Below are positions 53,274 through 55,697 of a stretch of DNA of 55,697 nt, one piece after another. This DNA comes from a virus (taxonomy: Duplodnaviria; Caudoviricetes). The notes under the pieces were generated by a model. That model was given only the letters and a program-made list of their open reading frames with translations, was not told the origin of the DNA and did not search any database. The DNA lies in IMG/VR virus record IMGVR_UViG_3300018432_000007, positions 1-55,697 of that record; one strand, written 5' to 3'. The position numbers were made by a program, and so were the translations under genes. Positions within the stretch are counted from its first letter, which is position 1; each line of letters opens with the position of its first letter.

Positions 53274-54029
53274 TCAGGCGGTGATGACGGGCCATGCGGG
53301 ATCGACGACCAGGTGAGCGGCCGTCAGGGTGTTGCGCCCACCGGTCTCCATGGTGGGCCACTGCTCGATCGAGACCGGCGCTCCGGCGACCTGGCCCAGC
53401 ACGGCATCCGGCAGGCCAGGCACGACGGATCCGGCCACGGCGAGGCGTCCGCGCGAGTCCTCCCAGGCGCGGACCCGGGCGACGACCGTGGACGTGTTCT
53501 CGTGGTACGCGCGGGCCACTTCCAGGGGCTGCCGGACATCGGCGTGCAGTGCTGCGGCGGTGAGCGCGCCGGTGCGGATCACGCGGCCGTCGTCGAGCGT
53601 CGTGGTCCACGTGTGGAAGTTGCGCAGCTTGGGGTCTGGGTCGCGCTGGTACCGCTTGCATGCGGACATGTCGCCGTTCTTGTAGCAGACGGTGCCCGCG
53701 ATGTGCCCGTAGATCCGGCCGTCCGGCTCGAACGTGAGCGGGGTCTGGTCCTTCCCATCCGCTTCCCACGTATCGAAGTGCATCGATGGGAAGACGATGG
53801 CGTTGCGGACCATCGTCGCCGCTGCGGTGATCGGGCCGTCCACCACGGCCGGGTCGGGCGACTGCAGAACCTCGCCCTGCTCCTCGCACTCGGTGCAGGG
53901 CTCCTCCACGACGGGCTCGACGGTGACCGCTCCCCCAGCGCCACCAGCCGCTGCGGTCACGCTCGCGCGCTGCTGCCGGACACGCTCGATCATGCGTGCG
54001 GCCTTGACCCTGTCCAGGGCGTCATTCAT
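53274..54029 (-). CDS. Capsid maturation protease
   Basis: After portal; 'DGRIYGHIA...C', 'TG.LT....HA', 'Y.ENT...VA.VRA.ED..G...AG', 'S..W'. Confidence 0.78.
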   Translation of the reverse strand: MNDALDRVKAARMIERVRQQRASVTAAAGGAGGAVTVEPVVEEPCTECEEQGEVLQSPDPAVVDGPITAAATMVRNAIVFPSMHFDTWEADGKDQTPLTFEPDGRIYGHIAGTVCYKNGDMSACKRYQRDPDPKLRNFHTWTTTLDDGRVIRTGALTAAALHADVRQPLEVARAYHENTSTVVARVRAWEDSRGRLAVAGSVVPGLPDAVLGQVAGAPVSIEQWPTMETGGRNTLTAAHLVVDPAWPVITA

Positions 54030-54039
54030 GGGAGCCTCC

Positions 54040-55697
54040 TCAGCTCGCGGCCGGCTGCAGCTGCGACCAGCCCGTTCGTACGGTGGTCATCGCCGCGGGC
54101 GCCGCGATGCACTGACACCCGGCATGGTCACCGGGGAACGCCTCGTACCCGCCGGCGAACACGCTGACCCCGTTGAACAGCGCGTCCTTGAGCGAGAGGT
54201 GCACGGGGTGCGGGTCAGGACCCTGGTACAGGTGCAGCCACCGGTGTGACCCGGGCCCCGACGGGGGTGCTAGGCCGTGGTCCCGACGGATGATCGCCAG
54301 GGTGGCCGCTGCCAGCGCGATCCCGCTGGCGGCTTGCCGAAAATCCCCCGGTTCACCACCTCCCGCGATCGTCGCGACTTCTCGTGCGGCCTCCCACGCC
54401 TCGGCTATCCCGGTGCCACCTTCCTGCTGCACGGCGACCGTGGCAGCGACCGCGGACACGAACGCGGCCTGCGCGGCTGTCATGCCCTCCTGCTCGGGCT
54501 CGGGGGGCACCTCGATGCCCATGGCCCGCAGGCGACCCTGCGCGCGGGCGATGATCCGGGCGACCTTGGCGATCGCGGCCTCGGCCACCTGCTGGATGGT
54601 GGCGTCCCGGTTCGGTACCTCGCCGGTGTACGCCCGGGCGAGTTCCGCGTTGGGCACGTCCGGGAGATCGATGTTCCGGCCCTGCGCGATACTGCGGATC
54701 TTCGCGCCCAGCTTCTCCAGCGCCCGCTCCGCGATGTCCAGGATCAGGTCCTCAAGCGACGTGTACGCCTGCTCGTCGATCTCGGCCAGGCGCGTCCCGT
54801 CGATCGGCGGTGTGGTCGCCGCAGTGGTCGGCGCGCCGGTGATCTGCCGGGTCTCTTCCTGCTCGACCGGCTCGTTCCCGGTCGGCGTGTCGGGGTCCTC
54901 CTCGGGCGCCGGGTCCTCCTGTGCGATCCCGTCGCCTACGGCGTCGTCGGGGGCACCGAGCTGTTCGGCCACCCACCACAGCTTGACGATCCCGAGTTCG
55001 CCCGCGTGGATCACGTCGGCCAGTGGCGGGCGTCGTCGCAGCAGCGGCGCCGGGTCCGGGACGACGTCCAGGCGCCCCTCTGGGACGCTCGCGGCGATCG
55101 TCAGCCCCTCAGCGAACGCCTGCCCCACCGGAGCGGCCAGTGGCTCCACGTGACCCAACCAGTTGTCCTCAAGCGACGCGTACGCGCTCCACTGGTTCGA
55201 GTCCTCAAGGCCCAGCAGGATCGAGGGCGCGATGTCGAGCCCGATCGCGAGCTGGCGCACCAGGCGCTCGATGCGGTCGTGCAGCTTCTCGTCGATGGGG
55301 CCGGTCAGGTCGAGAACGCGCCACTTCTCGATGAACTCGGCGGGGAACCCCACGATGTTCGGGACTGCGACCGCCTCGGCCTTTTCGTCCGAGAGCGGCG
55401 CGGTGACCACCTTGGCCAGGTCGCTCTCGAACTTCTTGGGGTTCGGCCCGGCCCCCTCCTTGGGGTACAGGACCATCATGGTCTGCGCGGTCCGGGAGCG
55501 GGCCGTGGCGCGCGCCTGCGCACGCGTCAGGATCAGTTCTGTGGCGATGTCCCGGATAGCAGCCACCGGCGAGTCGGCGCGGTTCGGGATGGCCGGGTCT
55601 TCCAGGATCACCTCGACCAGGACGTCAGCCTGCTCGGCGAGCTTCTTCTGCTCGCTGGTGAGCGGCGAGTTGAAGATCCGCCACTCGGTGCCGCCGC
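54040..55697 (-). CDS. Portal protein, C-terminal part, with a fused MuF-like domain
   Basis: 'I.RLA.GLD..P.ILLG..DSN.WSA....E..W..HV.P'; C-term 'W.H...HP.H..L...FPGDHAGCQC'. Confidence 0.88.
   Translation of the reverse strand, partial: GGTEWRIFNSPLTSEQKKLAEQADVLVEVILEDPAIPNRADSPVAAIRDIATELILTRAQARATARSRTAQTMMVLYPKEGAGPNPKKFESDLAKVVTAPLSDEKAEAVAVPNIVGFPAEFIEKWRVLDLTGPIDEKLHDRIERLVRQLAIGLDIAPSILLGLEDSNQWSAYASLEDNWLGHVEPLAAPVGQAFAEGLTIAASVPEGRLDVVPDPAPLLRRRPPLADVIHAGELGIVKLWWVAEQLGAPDDAVGDGIAQEDPAPEEDPDTPTGNEPVEQEETRQITGAPTTAATTPPIDGTRLAEIDEQAYTSLEDLILDIAERALEKLGAKIRSIAQGRNIDLPDVPNAELARAYTGEVPNRDATIQQVAEAAIAKVARIIARAQGRLRAMGIEVPPEPEQEGMTAAQAAFVSAVAATVAVQQEGGTGIAEAWEAAREVATIAGGGEPGDFRQAASGIALAAATLAIIRRDHGLAPPSGPGSHRWLHLYQGPDPHPVHLSLKDALFNGVSVFAGGYEAFPGDHAGCQCIAAPAAMTTVRTGWSQLQPAAS

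Noticed and set aside
55575-55697. 123-bp terminal repeat as biological genome ends
   Set aside because: It falls mid-portal with the frame intact, so it is best explained as an assembler overlap of a circular contig
1-55697. Integrase, ParA/ParB, reverse transcriptase, DNA polymerase, transposase
   Set aside because: No ORF showed the diagnostic motifs; absence is by inspection only and needs an HMM search

Overview
This window appears to be a complete, circularly assembled genome of a high-GC actinobacterial siphovirus. It has about 55,574 unique bp; bases 1-123 equal 55575-55697 and the portal gene reads through the junction. The minus-strand morphogenesis module has terminase, a portal with a MuF-like tail, a protease, a large capsid protein plus a second capsid-type gene (cluster-B-mycobacteriophage-like layout), tail tube, a frameshifted tail chaperone, tape measure and minor tails. 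Also present are an amidase endolysin with a putative holin, RecE/ERF recombination genes, a replication initiator with internal palindromic iterons, a C5 DNA methyltransferase and many small accessory genes. I recognised no integrase, ParAB, DNA polymerase, tRNA or CRISPR array. Four features stand out. (1) Eight dispersed expression cassettes each consist of an operator palindrome, an extended -10 box, a covarying bulged-A leader hairpin and an SD, in a genome encoding an Aca2/YdiL-like HTH protein. (2) Four glycan-modifying enzymes lie among the head genes, while five virion proteins carry (D/E/G/P/V)-S-P-(G) inserts that may be glycosylation tags. (3) A Streptomyces TraB-like FtsK translocase module is present. 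(4) A membrane-anchored HTH gene sits on dense TGCA arrays. Points 3 and 4 suggest a phage-plasmid able to spread between cells. All family assignments come from motif recognition by eye, not from database searches.
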